This document shows positions 35,566-45,018 of a stretch of DNA of 64,000 bases, piece after piece (position 1 is the first letter of the stretch; each line of letters opens with the position of its first letter). The stretch lies in the IMG/VR virus record IMGVR_UViG_3300042507_004023; one strand, 5' to 3'. This DNA is from a virus. Both the position numbers and the translations under genes were made by a program. Below the pieces are notes generated by a model. The model saw nothing but the letters and a program-made list of their open reading frames with translations, was not told the origin of the DNA and did no database searches.

Positions 35566-36186
35566 ATGCTAAACCTAAACATACCAAATTTTTTCTGTCT
35601 ACTTCGTCGTGAGCATATGTATCAGCACAAGACTCACAAGGGCGAGTTTGATAAAGTTATGGTGTTTGGTGCTCAATCTAATCCTGAGCGAGCAATCCTG
35701 TTTCATGTTCTAACAGATAATGGTTTGGTTCGCAGTCGCGTTCCTATTCACATGCTTTGCCATCGTGAAGACGCACCCGAAATACCACTAGACCATCTTC
35801 AGTTATGGGATTGCTTTTCCATTAATTCAACTGTCACCACATACGAACCTCTTCGTGGTTCTCGTTGTAAGGTTATCCTGAAAGACGGTAAAGCGTATTG
35901 GGGGGATTACATGACAACTTTTGATTGGTATAACAACGCATACAGCGATGAGCCGACTCAATACAAGTGCTTGCATATGATTCGTTTGGATAACGGATGC
36001 TTTGCTCTACAGCCAAACAACAGAATCTATTGGAAGCATATGTCGTTTGTAACCAAGCCATTCCCTGAGAAGCCTGACTACAAGGTTGACGATAAGATTT
36101 TCCGATGCGAGGGAACAAGCGACCGTTGGGTTATTGATTGCGATGATGATAGTTACTACTACGATTTGAAAAATCAAAAGCAGTAA
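35566..36186 (+). CDS. hypothetical phage protein (NIP...QLWDCFS...LDNG.FALQPNNR type)
   Basis: ORF track. Confidence 0.75.
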   Translation: MLNLNIPNFFCLLRREHMYQHKTHKGEFDKVMVFGAQSNPERAILFHVLTDNGLVRSRVPIHMLCHREDAPEIPLDHLQLWDCFSINSTVTTYEPLRGSRCKVILKDGKAYWGDYMTTFDWYNNAYSDEPTQYKCLHMIRLDNGCFALQPNNRIYWKHMSFVTKPFPEKPDYKVDDKIFRCEGTSDRWVIDCDDDSYYYDLKNQKQ

Positions 36187-36267
36187 TTTTATAAATAATT
36201 CTGTCCTTCTCAAAAGGCTAGATTAACCAAAAACTAGCCGTCTTACAAGGACAGATTGGAGCCGCGT

Positions 36268-37125
36268 ATGCGTAGACCGAGGAGTTTGGTCATGGCGAGC
36301 GTGCTACTAACGCTCGCAAGCGTGCTTACAGCAGGACAGGTATCCTGCCAAAATAATAAATCAAATTGCGATTGCAATGGTTACAACCAACAGGTTGTGG
36401 AAAGAGTTGTTGGAGCGAACGCTGTTGTTCACTACAACGGATTGCCTCTTGGTTCTGGCATTGCATATCGCAAGAACGGCAAGTTGTATGTGCTCACAGC
36501 AGCACATGTGATTGAAGATGAGGAACAAGTTAAAACTAGAAGATGGATTTTTCCTGATAATTATGTGGAAATAGATTTTATTCCCATGTTTCAAACGCCT
36601 TCTGTTGATAACACTTGTGAAGATAAAACATGGGGAACAAAAAAGATAGAAGTTACTCTGTTTGCGGGAGAGTTAGAGTCTCCAATAAGCAAAGAAACTT
36701 GTAAATTGGTATTCAACGATCCAGAATATGATCTAGCAATTCTAGAAGTGGCAACCGATAAACCATTGACACCGCTCGTTAAAGGATGCGTTTTTGATTA
36801 TGCTACTCCACGAATGGGAGTGCCTGTATACATCATGGGAAACCCATCATCGGATTATATGAGTATTACTCGCGGTATCATTGGAAACAATCACAGGAGC
36901 CGGAGTTCACTATCCGAGCATCTACCCTATTATTATCAAACAGATGCTGATGGTGCTCCAGGCTCCTCAGGCGGCGGATTGTATCGTGCAGATTCCGGGG
37001 CTTGCATTGGTGTAGTGGTTATGCTAAACTGCCAAAACTGGCAGATCTATTCTGTGCCAGCCTCGTTTTTAAAAGAGACGCTGCTACGACACAATCAAGG
37101 AGAATTACTTCCACCTAGTGCTTGA
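36268..37125 (+). CDS. trypsin-like serine protease with N-terminal signal/anchor
   Basis: LTAAHV (His), YDLAIL (Asp), GAPGSSGGG (Ser); TATAAATA at 36190-36197; ORF track begins at TTG 36256. Confidence 0.88.
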   Translation: MRRPRSLVMASVLLTLASVLTAGQVSCQNNKSNCDCNGYNQQVVERVVGANAVVHYNGLPLGSGIAYRKNGKLYVLTAAHVIEDEEQVKTRRWIFPDNYVEIDFIPMFQTPSVDNTCEDKTWGTKKIEVTLFAGELESPISKETCKLVFNDPEYDLAILEVATDKPLTPLVKGCVFDYATPRMGVPVYIMGNPSSDYMSITRGIIGNNHRSRSSLSEHLPYYYQTDADGAPGSSGGGLYRADSGACIGVVVMLNCQNWQIYSVPASFLKETLLRHNQGELLPPSA

Positions 37126-37149
37126 CTTCTCCTGAGTTCGTGGTAGTAT
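37122..37149 (+). promoter_or_regulatory. sigma70-type promoter of the clamp operon
   Basis: TTGACT, 16 nt, TAGTAT (37144-37149). Confidence 0.65.
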
Positions 37150-37176
37150 ACCACAACCTTTGAAGGAGATTACACT

Positions 37177-37902
37177 ATGAAGATTTCGCACGACACGCTG
37201 GCAGTTCTGAAGAATTTCAGCACTATCAACAGCAACCTGATTGTGATGCCAGGCAACACCTTGAAGACTATCAGCCCAACCAAGAATATCATGGTTGAGG
37301 CGGAAGTTCAGGAGGACTTTCCGATAGAGTTCGGTGTTTGGGATTTAAGCAAGTTCCTTGCAACTGTAAGCATGTTCAAGGAGCCGCACTTCGAATTCGA
37401 AAACAACCATGTGGTAATTAAGTCGGAAGGTAGTCGAGCCAAGGTTCGCTACTATTATTCGAATCTTGAGATGCTTGATCCGCAGATTCTGCAAATCATC
37501 AAGAGCGGCAAGAGTTTCAACATGCCAGAATCTGTTGTGGACTTCACTTTAGATTCCAAGGATTTCAACGAGTTGCAGAAAGCGGCAGCAGTTCTTGCTG
37601 CTCCTGACCTTGCTCTTCGCAACTCTGGCGACCGTCTAACCTTGAATGTGTTTGACCGCAAGGACAGCACAGGACACACCTATTCGATTGATGTGGGTGA
37701 GTATGACGGCGATGATTCTTTTGAGTTCATGTTCAAGTCGGAGAATCTAAAGATGATTCCTGGCACTTACGAAGTTAAGGTGTCCGACAAGAAGGTGGCT
37801 CAGTTTGAAACCAAGAATCAGGCGTTGACCTATTGGATTTCTTTGGAAACTGACAGCAAGTTCACCAAGAGCAAGAAGAAGTCCAATGCTGCCGTTGGTT
37901 GA
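37177..37902 (+). CDS. gp45: sliding clamp (T4 gp45-like)
   Basis: MKISHDTLAVLKNFSTIN; FGVWDLSKFL; ENLKMIPGTYEV; YWISLE. Confidence 0.95.
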   Translation: MKISHDTLAVLKNFSTINSNLIVMPGNTLKTISPTKNIMVEAEVQEDFPIEFGVWDLSKFLATVSMFKEPHFEFENNHVVIKSEGSRAKVRYYYSNLEMLDPQILQIIKSGKSFNMPESVVDFTLDSKDFNELQKAAAVLAAPDLALRNSGDRLTLNVFDRKDSTGHTYSIDVGEYDGDDSFEFMFKSENLKMIPGTYEVKVSDKKVAQFETKNQALTYWISLETDSKFTKSKKKSNAAVG

Positions 37903-38818
37903 AAAGTATAGACCAAAAACGGTTGCAGACTGCGTTCTTCCGAAGGCGATTAAGTCCACCTTCGAAGGTGTAGTGCAGTCAGGCGAAATCCCGAACATGA
38001 TACTGTCGGGAACCGCAGGCTGTGGTAAAACAACCATAGCCCGTGCGATGTGTTCGGAACTTGGGGTGGACTACATGTTTATCAATGCGAGCGAGGAGGG
38101 CGGCATTGATACACTACGCACCAAGATTCGAAACTTCGCTTCAACCGTTTCTTTGAATGGTGGCAAGAAAGTTATCATACTTGATGAAGCCGACTATCTG
38201 AATCCACAGTCCACACAGCCTGCTCTTCGTGGTGCTATTGAAGAGTTTGCTGTGAACTGTCGGTTCATTATGACTTGCAACTACAAGGCTCGTATCATTG
38301 AGCCGCTACACTCTCGTTGCACTGTTGTTGACTTCAAGATTCCTGCGAAAGAAAAGCCGCAACTCGCTGGCGAATTTCTTGAGCGAGCCAAGCGAATCAT
38401 GGAAGCAGAAGGCATCGAATATGAAGAGAAAGCAATTGCTGAACTCATCATTCGTTACTTCCCTGACTTTCGCAGAATCCTCAACACGATTCAACGGCAC
38501 TCTGTTTCAGGAGCAGTAAATTCTAGTGCTCTTGCTACTGGCAAGGATGTTGATATCGACCAGTTGGTGAAGGCGATGAAGAACAAGTCGTTTGCTGATA
38601 TTCGTAAATGGGTCGCGGAACACTCGGACACCGAACCTGCAATGATTTTCCGGCGTATTTATGACGGACTTCAAGACAAGATGAATTCGGGATCTATACC
38701 GCAAGCAATTCTTATCTTGAGCGAATATCAATACAAGGCTGCATTTGTGGCTGACCAAGAATTAAACATGGTTGCATGCTGTTTGATGCTTGCTTCAGAT
38801 TGTTCTTTCGATAAATAA
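37886..38818 (+). CDS. gp44: clamp loader large subunit (T4 gp44-like)
   Basis: VEKYRPKT; Walker A GTAGCGKTT; ILDEAD; SRC motif; YFPDFRR. Confidence 0.95.
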   Translation: MLPLVEKYRPKTVADCVLPKAIKSTFEGVVQSGEIPNMILSGTAGCGKTTIARAMCSELGVDYMFINASEEGGIDTLRTKIRNFASTVSLNGGKKVIILDEADYLNPQSTQPALRGAIEEFAVNCRFIMTCNYKARIIEPLHSRCTVVDFKIPAKEKPQLAGEFLERAKRIMEAEGIEYEEKAIAELIIRYFPDFRRILNTIQRHSVSGAVNSSALATGKDVDIDQLVKAMKNKSFADIRKWVAEHSDTEPAMIFRRIYDGLQDKMNSGSIPQAILILSEYQYKAAFVADQELNMVACCLMLASDCSFDK

Positions 38819-38824
38819 GGGTAT

Positions 38825-39538
38825 ATGAATCCCAAAATAAAAAGCCTAAACGATTTAACAATCGCACTTCACGAAGTAAACAAGAAGTATAAGATTGAAG
38901 ATTTCATTGAGGCCTACAGGAAGGCTGTTGGCGATACTAACGATGAAATTTTAACAGAGTTGAAAAATGATGGTGCTTCGAATCCATTTCAAAAAATTAT
39001 CAATGTTTCAGGTAAAATAACAGACGAAATGGTAGAAAAACTGATAGAGTCTACGGCTGATCTTACAGAAACATATAATTACACCGAATATCTTGATGAG
39101 TGTAATTATTTAAGAGATTTGTTTCTCAAAGACAGACGAAATTACTTTTCCTCTAAAGTTGTTGGAAGCAAAAAGAAAAATGATAACAGCAGCATATCCA
39201 GCGTGTTCGAACTAACTGGAACCGCAGATATTATTATTGGGGACTTTTTAGATAAAGTTTTAACAAAAATATACCCAACACACCTTGATATTGTGTATGA
39301 GGATCTGAATGGGGAAAAAGTAAAAACCAAGATTCGCCATCGACCTTTAGCAATAACAAAAGAGCATGTGGAAGCCCCTTTGATTGACCGCCATCACGGC
39401 ATTAACGCTTACGATTCTTTTTTGCTTAGGTCTTTTTACGATATCAAGAAAAATGATTGGGTTTATATTCCAATAAGACTAATTATTAAAATTGATTGTG
39501 ATGCTGATATAGTCGGACTAGTTGAAGGTATACAATGA
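38825..39538 (+). CDS. hypothetical protein inserted between gp44 and gp62; C-terminus WYL/SH3-like
   Basis: AT-rich ORF with its own ATAAATA at 38811-38817; IVYEDLNGE...SFYDIKKNDW. Confidence 0.65.
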   Translation: MNPKIKSLNDLTIALHEVNKKYKIEDFIEAYRKAVGDTNDEILTELKNDGASNPFQKIINVSGKITDEMVEKLIESTADLTETYNYTEYLDECNYLRDLFLKDRRNYFSSKVVGSKKKNDNSSISSVFELTGTADIIIGDFLDKVLTKIYPTHLDIVYEDLNGEKVKTKIRHRPLAITKEHVEAPLIDRHHGINAYDSFLLRSFYDIKKNDWVYIPIRLIIKIDCDADIVGLVEGIQ

Positions 39539-39921
39539 ATCCGTTTGATTTTGTTAAAAGTATAAACGATAAAACCAATAATCTGATAGATCAGGATCCA
39601 GACACCGAAAAGGCATATGTTCCTTTTATTGTGAATCGCGCCTTTTCACAGTTTCCAGACACCGTAATTGCTGCTAACACAACTAATTGTATGCATCATA
39701 TTGATCGTAAATTGCAATACGATTATTTGTATTACACACTAAAACCGCGTAAACGATTCTCTAAATGGATTAAGCCGGAGTGGGATGAGTCTTCAGAACA
39801 ACTTGTTGCAGACTACTATAAAGTGAGCAGGGTTAGAGCCAGAGAGTATCTTTCCATGATGACCGAAGAAGATCGGGAAGAACTAGCAAAACGAACTAAT
39901 ACGGGCGGGGTCAAGAAATAA
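39535..39921 (+). CDS. gp62: clamp loader small subunit (T4 gp62-like)
   Basis: MNPFDFVKSIN; YVPFIVNRAFS; QYDYL...KPRKRFSKW. Confidence 0.92.
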   Translation: MNPFDFVKSINDKTNNLIDQDPDTEKAYVPFIVNRAFSQFPDTVIAANTTNCMHHIDRKLQYDYLYYTLKPRKRFSKWIKPEWDESSEQLVADYYKVSRVRAREYLSMMTEEDREELAKRTNTGGVKK

Positions 39922-39964
39922 AAAAACTAAATACTCCTTGTAGCACAAATAAGGAGTCTACAAT

Positions 39965-40405
39965 ATGTCTTCACTAATTGATTCGTTTATTGAAATTGAT
40001 CTTCCCGCTCCCGAGAATTTCTTAAAGGTTAAGGAAACCCTTACCCGAATTGGAATTTCCTCAAAAACTGAGAAAAAATTGTTTCAGTCTTGTCACATTT
40101 TGCACAAGAGGGGCAAGTATTATCTCGTTCATTTCAAAGAATTGTTTATGCTTGACGGTCTGCCCACAGATTTTCCTGATGCAGATAAAGCAAGAAGAAA
40201 TACCATTTGTAACTTGCTTGCCGAATGGAAATTGATTACAATTAAAGACCCAAGTAAAACCAAAGAACCAGTTGTTCCAGTTTCTTACTTGAAAATTTTA
40301 CCGTTCGGTCAGAAGAATGATTGGCAATTGGTTCCAAAGTATAACATTGGAAGAAAAAAATCTTCATCAAGTTACGAAACTTACGATCCTGATGCAGAAG
40401 AATAA
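39965..40405 (+). CDS. regA: translational repressor RegA
   Basis: FLKVKETLTRIGI; LFQSCHILHKRGKYYLVHFKELF; RRNTI. Confidence 0.96.
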   Translation: MSSLIDSFIEIDLPAPENFLKVKETLTRIGISSKTEKKLFQSCHILHKRGKYYLVHFKELFMLDGLPTDFPDADKARRNTICNLLAEWKLITIKDPSKTKEPVVPVSYLKILPFGQKNDWQLVPKYNIGRKKSSSSYETYDPDAEE

Positions 40406-40438
40406 CAATAAATAACTACAACCTTTTTATATCATGCC

Positions 40439-40975
40439 ATGAGTGACTTGACCCTAAAGTATAATAAGTTATGGATTGATTCTTTCGATCCCGTATTCGC
40501 AACCGAACAATCTGCCTGTTTTGATATCAAAGCATATTTTGGTAGCAAAACACGGATTGTCGATGCTTACGATAAAAACAACACACCCCACAAACTACTT
40601 GCGGCGTTTGAGCGTTCAGACTCTCCGCCGTTCTTGATGATTCCTCCTGATGGAGTTAGAGTTCTTATTCCCACAGGAATCGTGTTTGATATTCCTGAAG
40701 GATACTCGGTTCGTTTACACGCCCGAAGCGGATTGGCAATTAAAGGCGGCATTGTGCTTGCCAATTCAGAAGGAATAATTGATTCGGATTACACCGATCA
40801 ACTTATGGTAGCGGTTATGAATTTGTCAAACACGCCAGTTCGTGTTACTCATGGCGACCGAATTTGTCAGGGGGAAATGATTCCTGTTTTGAAATACTCG
40901 CTACACCCCACCGATGAGCGAGTTCAACCCAAGACTAGCCGAAAAGGTGGATTCGGCTCTACCGGAGTTTCTTAA
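40439..40975 (+). CDS. dut: dUTPase (trimeric)
   Basis: SACFDI; ARSG; GIIDSDY; GDRICQG; RKGGFGSTG. Confidence 0.95.
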   Translation: MSDLTLKYNKLWIDSFDPVFATEQSACFDIKAYFGSKTRIVDAYDKNNTPHKLLAAFERSDSPPFLMIPPDGVRVLIPTGIVFDIPEGYSVRLHARSGLAIKGGIVLANSEGIIDSDYTDQLMVAVMNLSNTPVRVTHGDRICQGEMIPVLKYSLHPTDERVQPKTSRKGGFGSTGVS

Positions 40976-40976
40976 A

Positions 40977-41453
40977 ATGACACGCGATGAACTTTTAAAT
41001 ATGCATGAAATGATTTGTGATAAGGGTCGCAGCCTGATGCGTAAAAAGAATGCTGATTACGCTGGCAACGATGGATTGGAGCCTTTTGCAAATTTCACCC
41101 GAGTAGAAGCAATGGGTATTTGCAGCACAGAACAAGGATTCTTGGTTCGCATGACCGATAAGATGAGTCGCCTTTCATCTTTTGTTGAATCTGGAAAATT
41201 GGCTGTTGAAAATGAATCTTTCGAAGATACCATAATTGATATTGTAAACTACTCGGTTTTGATGTATGCTTATCTACATGACAAGAAAGCCCAATCTGCT
41301 CCCCTGTTCATTGCTGATGTTAAGCCTTCTGATGTTGTTCACACCAACGGCAATGGCTGCTGCAAAACCACAATCAAGCAAGACGACCCCACAAGACCTC
41401 TACAAACCTATTACATTTCCTCTCCGTGGAAAGACACCACAAGAAACTCGTAA
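40977..41453 (+). CDS. DUF1599-like nucleotide-modification-associated protein
   Basis: KKNADYA...FANF...RMTDKMSRL...ESFEDTIIDIVNYSVL. Confidence 0.8.
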   Translation: MTRDELLNMHEMICDKGRSLMRKKNADYAGNDGLEPFANFTRVEAMGICSTEQGFLVRMTDKMSRLSSFVESGKLAVENESFEDTIIDIVNYSVLMYAYLHDKKAQSAPLFIADVKPSDVVHTNGNGCCKTTIKQDDPTRPLQTYYISSPWKDTTRNS

Positions 41454-41784
41454 GTTCCTTGATGCAATACGCCAAGTAGAAAGTCAAGGAAACGATAAGG
41501 CTGTGGGAGACTACGGCAATGCTATCGGTAGTTATCAGGTTTGGCGGGACTACTGGCAAGATGCGGTAGACTATGACAAAACTATCGGAGGTAAGTATGA
41601 GAACTGCTTTAATCGAAATTATGCGGAGCGTGTTGTTGTGGCTTATCTCAACAGGTATGCTCCTGAAGGCGCATCTTGGGAAACCTTAGCCCGTATTCAC
41701 AATGGTGGGCCTAAAGGTTACAAGATTAAAGCCACGGAAAAGTATTGGAAAAAGGTGAAGCGTGAACTCGAAAAGCAAAAGTGA
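41278..41784 (+). CDS. lysozyme-like (i-type/destabilase or SLT) muramidase with predicted signal peptide
   Basis: AIRQVES...GDYGNAIGSYQVWRDYW...ARIHNGGP; start uncertain; overlaps the upstream gene. Confidence 0.8.
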   Translation: MTRKPNLLPCSLLMLSLLMLFTPTAMAAAKPQSSKTTPQDLYKPITFPLRGKTPQETRKFLDAIRQVESQGNDKAVGDYGNAIGSYQVWRDYWQDAVDYDKTIGGKYENCFNRNYAERVVVAYLNRYAPEGASWETLARIHNGGPKGYKIKATEKYWKKVKRELEKQK

Positions 41785-42697
41785 ATCGGTAGACATTATT
41801 GAGCGAACCAAGTCTTACGACAAAGAACATTGTTGGCAGTATGATATACGCTTAAACAATCTTCAACAAGATTTGGCGGAAGCCGACCTGTCTAAAGAAC
41901 AAGCAGCCGAACTGCGTGTTTCCGATTTCATTTTCAAACCGCTTACAACGGAAGCCGAGAAGCGGGAAGCCACAGAATTCATCAAGCGTCACGAATGGCT
42001 TGGCAATCTTTCTCAATACACCACGCATTGGTTTGGGGCGTATTATCATGCTCCAAATCAAGGATTGATAGGCAAAGATATCATGGCGGGAGTTATCCTG
42101 ATGAATTTGCCGAACGCTTTCTCAAAACTGCTTGGCGAAAATACCAAAGAGATTGAACGATTGGTTAGCCGTGGTGCTTGCGTATCATGGAGTCCAAAGT
42201 GTTTGGCTAGTTCTTTTCTGATGTGGAGTATTAATTGGATGGTTAAGAATACGCAGTATCGGTTGTTTACTGCTTACTCTGACCCGACTGCGAAAGAGTT
42301 GGGAACCATCTATCAGGCTTGTAACTTCTATTACCTTGGTCAAGATTCAGGAACCACAACTAGGTATATCAATCCGTATACCGGCAAAGTAGTGAGCGAC
42401 AGATTCTTTCGTGTGCGTAGTGCATACAAGAAGTATGCGAAAGAGTTGGGCATTTCTTGGGAAAAGGATTGGAACAACGACCAAAAGATACTTTGGGAAA
42501 ATATCCCTGATGAGATTGAGCAGCGGTTGCGAGAGCATTCCAAGGAAAAGCAGAAGACATCAATCAAAGTGGAAATGCCTAGCAAACATAAGTATGCGTT
42601 TGTGTTGGGCAGAACTAAAGCAGAAACCAAGAAACTACGGCGAGAGTTTGAGGAGCGTAATCCTCCGAAGCCGTATCCAAAGCAACGAGGCAAATAA
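41762..42697 (+). CDS. Mom-like DNA adenine-modification (GNAT-fold) protein
   Basis: FIKRHEWLG...RLVSRG...AYSDP...GTIYQACNFYYLG, as in the Mu Mom family; start uncertain. Confidence 0.75.
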   Translation: MNSKSKSESVDIIERTKSYDKEHCWQYDIRLNNLQQDLAEADLSKEQAAELRVSDFIFKPLTTEAEKREATEFIKRHEWLGNLSQYTTHWFGAYYHAPNQGLIGKDIMAGVILMNLPNAFSKLLGENTKEIERLVSRGACVSWSPKCLASSFLMWSINWMVKNTQYRLFTAYSDPTAKELGTIYQACNFYYLGQDSGTTTRYINPYTGKVVSDRFFRVRSAYKKYAKELGISWEKDWNNDQKILWENIPDEIEQRLREHSKEKQKTSIKVEMPSKHKYAFVLGRTKAETKKLRREFEERNPPKPYPKQRGK

Positions 42698-43098
42698 TGA
42701 GTGAAATTAAACCATTCGGATATTCTTACTATTTGGACATGTATAATTGTCGCGTCGGTGCAGCCGATGATTTGGAGTTGCACTATCGTTTTCTTGAGCG
42801 AGTTGTAGACAAGATTGGCATGACACGCATGAGTCAGCCTGTAGTAATGCACGGCCCAACCAATCACGGCACGGAACTATATCCCGACAAGGCAGGAGTG
42901 AGCGGTTGGGTTCCACTCATTGAGAGTGGTATTCAAATTCACTCAATGGAGCCAAAGCGATTCATCACGCTTGATGTTTATTCGTGCAACAAGTTTGACA
43001 AGGATATCATTTTGAATTATGCTAGAGAATGCTTTGGCTTTGCGTGGCACGAAGAGCAGTTCTTTGTGCGTGGAACCAAATATGGAGATATCGCGTGA
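42697..43098 (+). CDS. S-adenosylmethionine decarboxylase proenzyme-like
   Basis: GVSGWVPLIESGIQIHS; ITLDVYSCNKFD; ES autocleavage site. Confidence 0.85.
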   Translation: MSEIKPFGYSYYLDMYNCRVGAADDLELHYRFLERVVDKIGMTRMSQPVVMHGPTNHGTELYPDKAGVSGWVPLIESGIQIHSMEPKRFITLDVYSCNKFDKDIILNYARECFGFAWHEEQFFVRGTKYGDIA

Positions 43099-44042
43099 AC
43101 ACACATCGCATAATTCTTGGTGATTGTATTGCAGGCATGAAGACGCTGCCAGATGGCTGCATTCACACTTGCGTAACTTCCCCACCGTATTTCGGCTTGC
43201 GTTCCTACGAGGGTGGAGATGAGGAAATCGGTCAGGAAGAAACTGTAGAAGAGTATGTGCAGAAGATGGTGGAGGTGTTCCGCGAGGTGCGTCGTATTCT
43301 TCGTGATGACGGAACACTTTGGTTGAATCTTGGCGATTCTTACATGGCAGCAAAGAATTGTGCTCCTCCACCACAAACCATCGGTGGTCAGCGTGGTATG
43401 CCAACCGACTTTGTGCCAGGCAATCGTAAAGACCAAAAGGGATTGAAGACGAAAGACCTGATTGGAATTCCGTGGCGAGTAGCGTTTGCCCTGCAAGCCG
43501 ATGGTTGGTGGCTGCGTCAAGATATTGTTTGGCACAAGCCTAATCCTATGCCTGAGAGTGTTACCGACCGATGCACTCGTGCTCACGAATACATTTTCAT
43601 GCTCTCCAAGAAATCGCACTACTATTATGACCATGAAGCCATCAAGGAGACCGCTGTTAGTGCTCCGCATGCTCCTGGCAACAAGAATCGCACACAACCT
43701 GAAGATAAGGGAGCCCGTGACCCTGCTTTAGAGCCTGAGCGATTGTGGGGTGCAGACGGCAAAAAGAACAAGCGTTCCGTATGGACTGTGAACACCAAGG
43801 GATACAAGGGCGCGCACTTTGCGGTGTATCCCAAGGAACTAATTACTCCATGTGTTCTTGCAGGTTCGCCTGTTGGTGGAACGGTATTTGATCCGTTCAC
43901 AGGCAGCGGCACAACCGCTGTGGTGGCGTTAAACAACGGTAGAAATTATATTGGCACAGAACTGAACCCCGAGTATGTTAAGATTGCGGAAGACCGAATT
44001 CGTGAAGAAGTGGCAAACTCATTACAAGGATTTTTAGCATGA
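43095..44042 (+). CDS. DNA methyltransferase, beta class (N4-C/N6-A)
   Basis: GDC; TSPPY; WLRQDIVWHKPNPMP; HFAVYP; DPFTGSGTT; GTG start 43095. Confidence 0.93.
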   Translation: MNTHRIILGDCIAGMKTLPDGCIHTCVTSPPYFGLRSYEGGDEEIGQEETVEEYVQKMVEVFREVRRILRDDGTLWLNLGDSYMAAKNCAPPPQTIGGQRGMPTDFVPGNRKDQKGLKTKDLIGIPWRVAFALQADGWWLRQDIVWHKPNPMPESVTDRCTRAHEYIFMLSKKSHYYYDHEAIKETAVSAPHAPGNKNRTQPEDKGARDPALEPERLWGADGKKNKRSVWTVNTKGYKGAHFAVYPKELITPCVLAGSPVGGTVFDPFTGSGTTAVVALNNGRNYIGTELNPEYVKIAEDRIREEVANSLQGFLA

Positions 44043-44302
44043 ACAAGTTGAGACCGATTGGTAAGTGGATTGAAGTGCAGACTGTTGGTGGTGGTGAAAA
44101 GAAGACCTCGGAAGGTATCATCTACACCGAGAAGATTAACTCACAATTGGTGTGGAGCACGGTGATTTCTGTTGGTGATAAACTCACCGAAGATGTCAAG
44201 GTTGGCGACAAGGTGCTGTGGGATATTTCTAAGATTCGTGGACAAGGATACGGCAGAAACAATCTGATTCATCAGGATTGGATTTCTATGGTTGAACGAT
44301 GA
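44039..44302 (+). CDS. GroES-like co-chaperonin
   Basis: LRPIGKWIEV...TSEGII...VISVG...VKVGDKVL. Confidence 0.75.
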   Translation: MNKLRPIGKWIEVQTVGGGEKKTSEGIIYTEKINSQLVWSTVISVGDKLTEDVKVGDKVLWDISKIRGQGYGRNNLIHQDWISMVER

Positions 44303-45018
44303 GTATCTTCGGCATAAAAAATGCTGACTCAAAACAGATATTAAAAACTCTGCCCTCAGATTGGGCAGATGTTTGTTTTGTAAATCCACCCTGGTGGCGG
44401 ATCGCAAGATATGATGGTAGTCTTGGAACAGAATTAACCTTAGACGAGTATTGCCAGCATTTGATGGAATTTTTTATAGAGGTCAAACGAGTCATAAAAC
44501 CATCAGGATGTGTTTGGCTAACAGGTAATAAAATTAGAAAATCAAATCATCTTCGTTACGCTTCACCAAAGCCTGGTATTGCTAGAACTTTTTCTCGTGT
44601 TTGTGATTATCTTGAAAAAGATGGTTGGACGATTCAGGAGGAAATTGTTTGGCATTTTTCTAAAGGTATGACAGAATCGTTCAAACAAAATGATATAGCA
44701 CCAAACACACATGCTTATATTGGATTGTTGACAAAGAGTAATTACTGCGCTTTTGATCCAAACAAAGTTCATGCAAAATTTAAAGATACAAGTGTTTGGA
44801 CGGATGATGCTCCAAAAGTTTCAAAGTTTTATTCAATATCTCCAAAAATTGCTGAGTCTTGTATTCTAGCCACCTGCCCACCAAGAGGAATTGTGTTAGA
44901 TATCTTTGCAGGAAGCGGAACTTGTGGTATAATCTGTAAGACACACGGACTAAATTATTTGGGTATAGAGATAGATCAAGAAACCGCAAAAATTGCACAG
45001 GATAGGATAACAGATTGA
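44299..45018 (+). CDS. second beta-class DNA methyltransferase with divergent catalytic motif
   Basis: NPPW at motif IV; EIVWH; DIFAGSGT; GIEID. Confidence 0.8.
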   Translation: MSIFGIKNADSKQILKTLPSDWADVCFVNPPWWRIARYDGSLGTELTLDEYCQHLMEFFIEVKRVIKPSGCVWLTGNKIRKSNHLRYASPKPGIARTFSRVCDYLEKDGWTIQEEIVWHFSKGMTESFKQNDIAPNTHAYIGLLTKSNYCAFDPNKVHAKFKDTSVWTDDAPKVSKFYSISPKIAESCILATCPPRGIVLDIFAGSGTCGIICKTHGLNYLGIEIDQETAKIAQDRITD

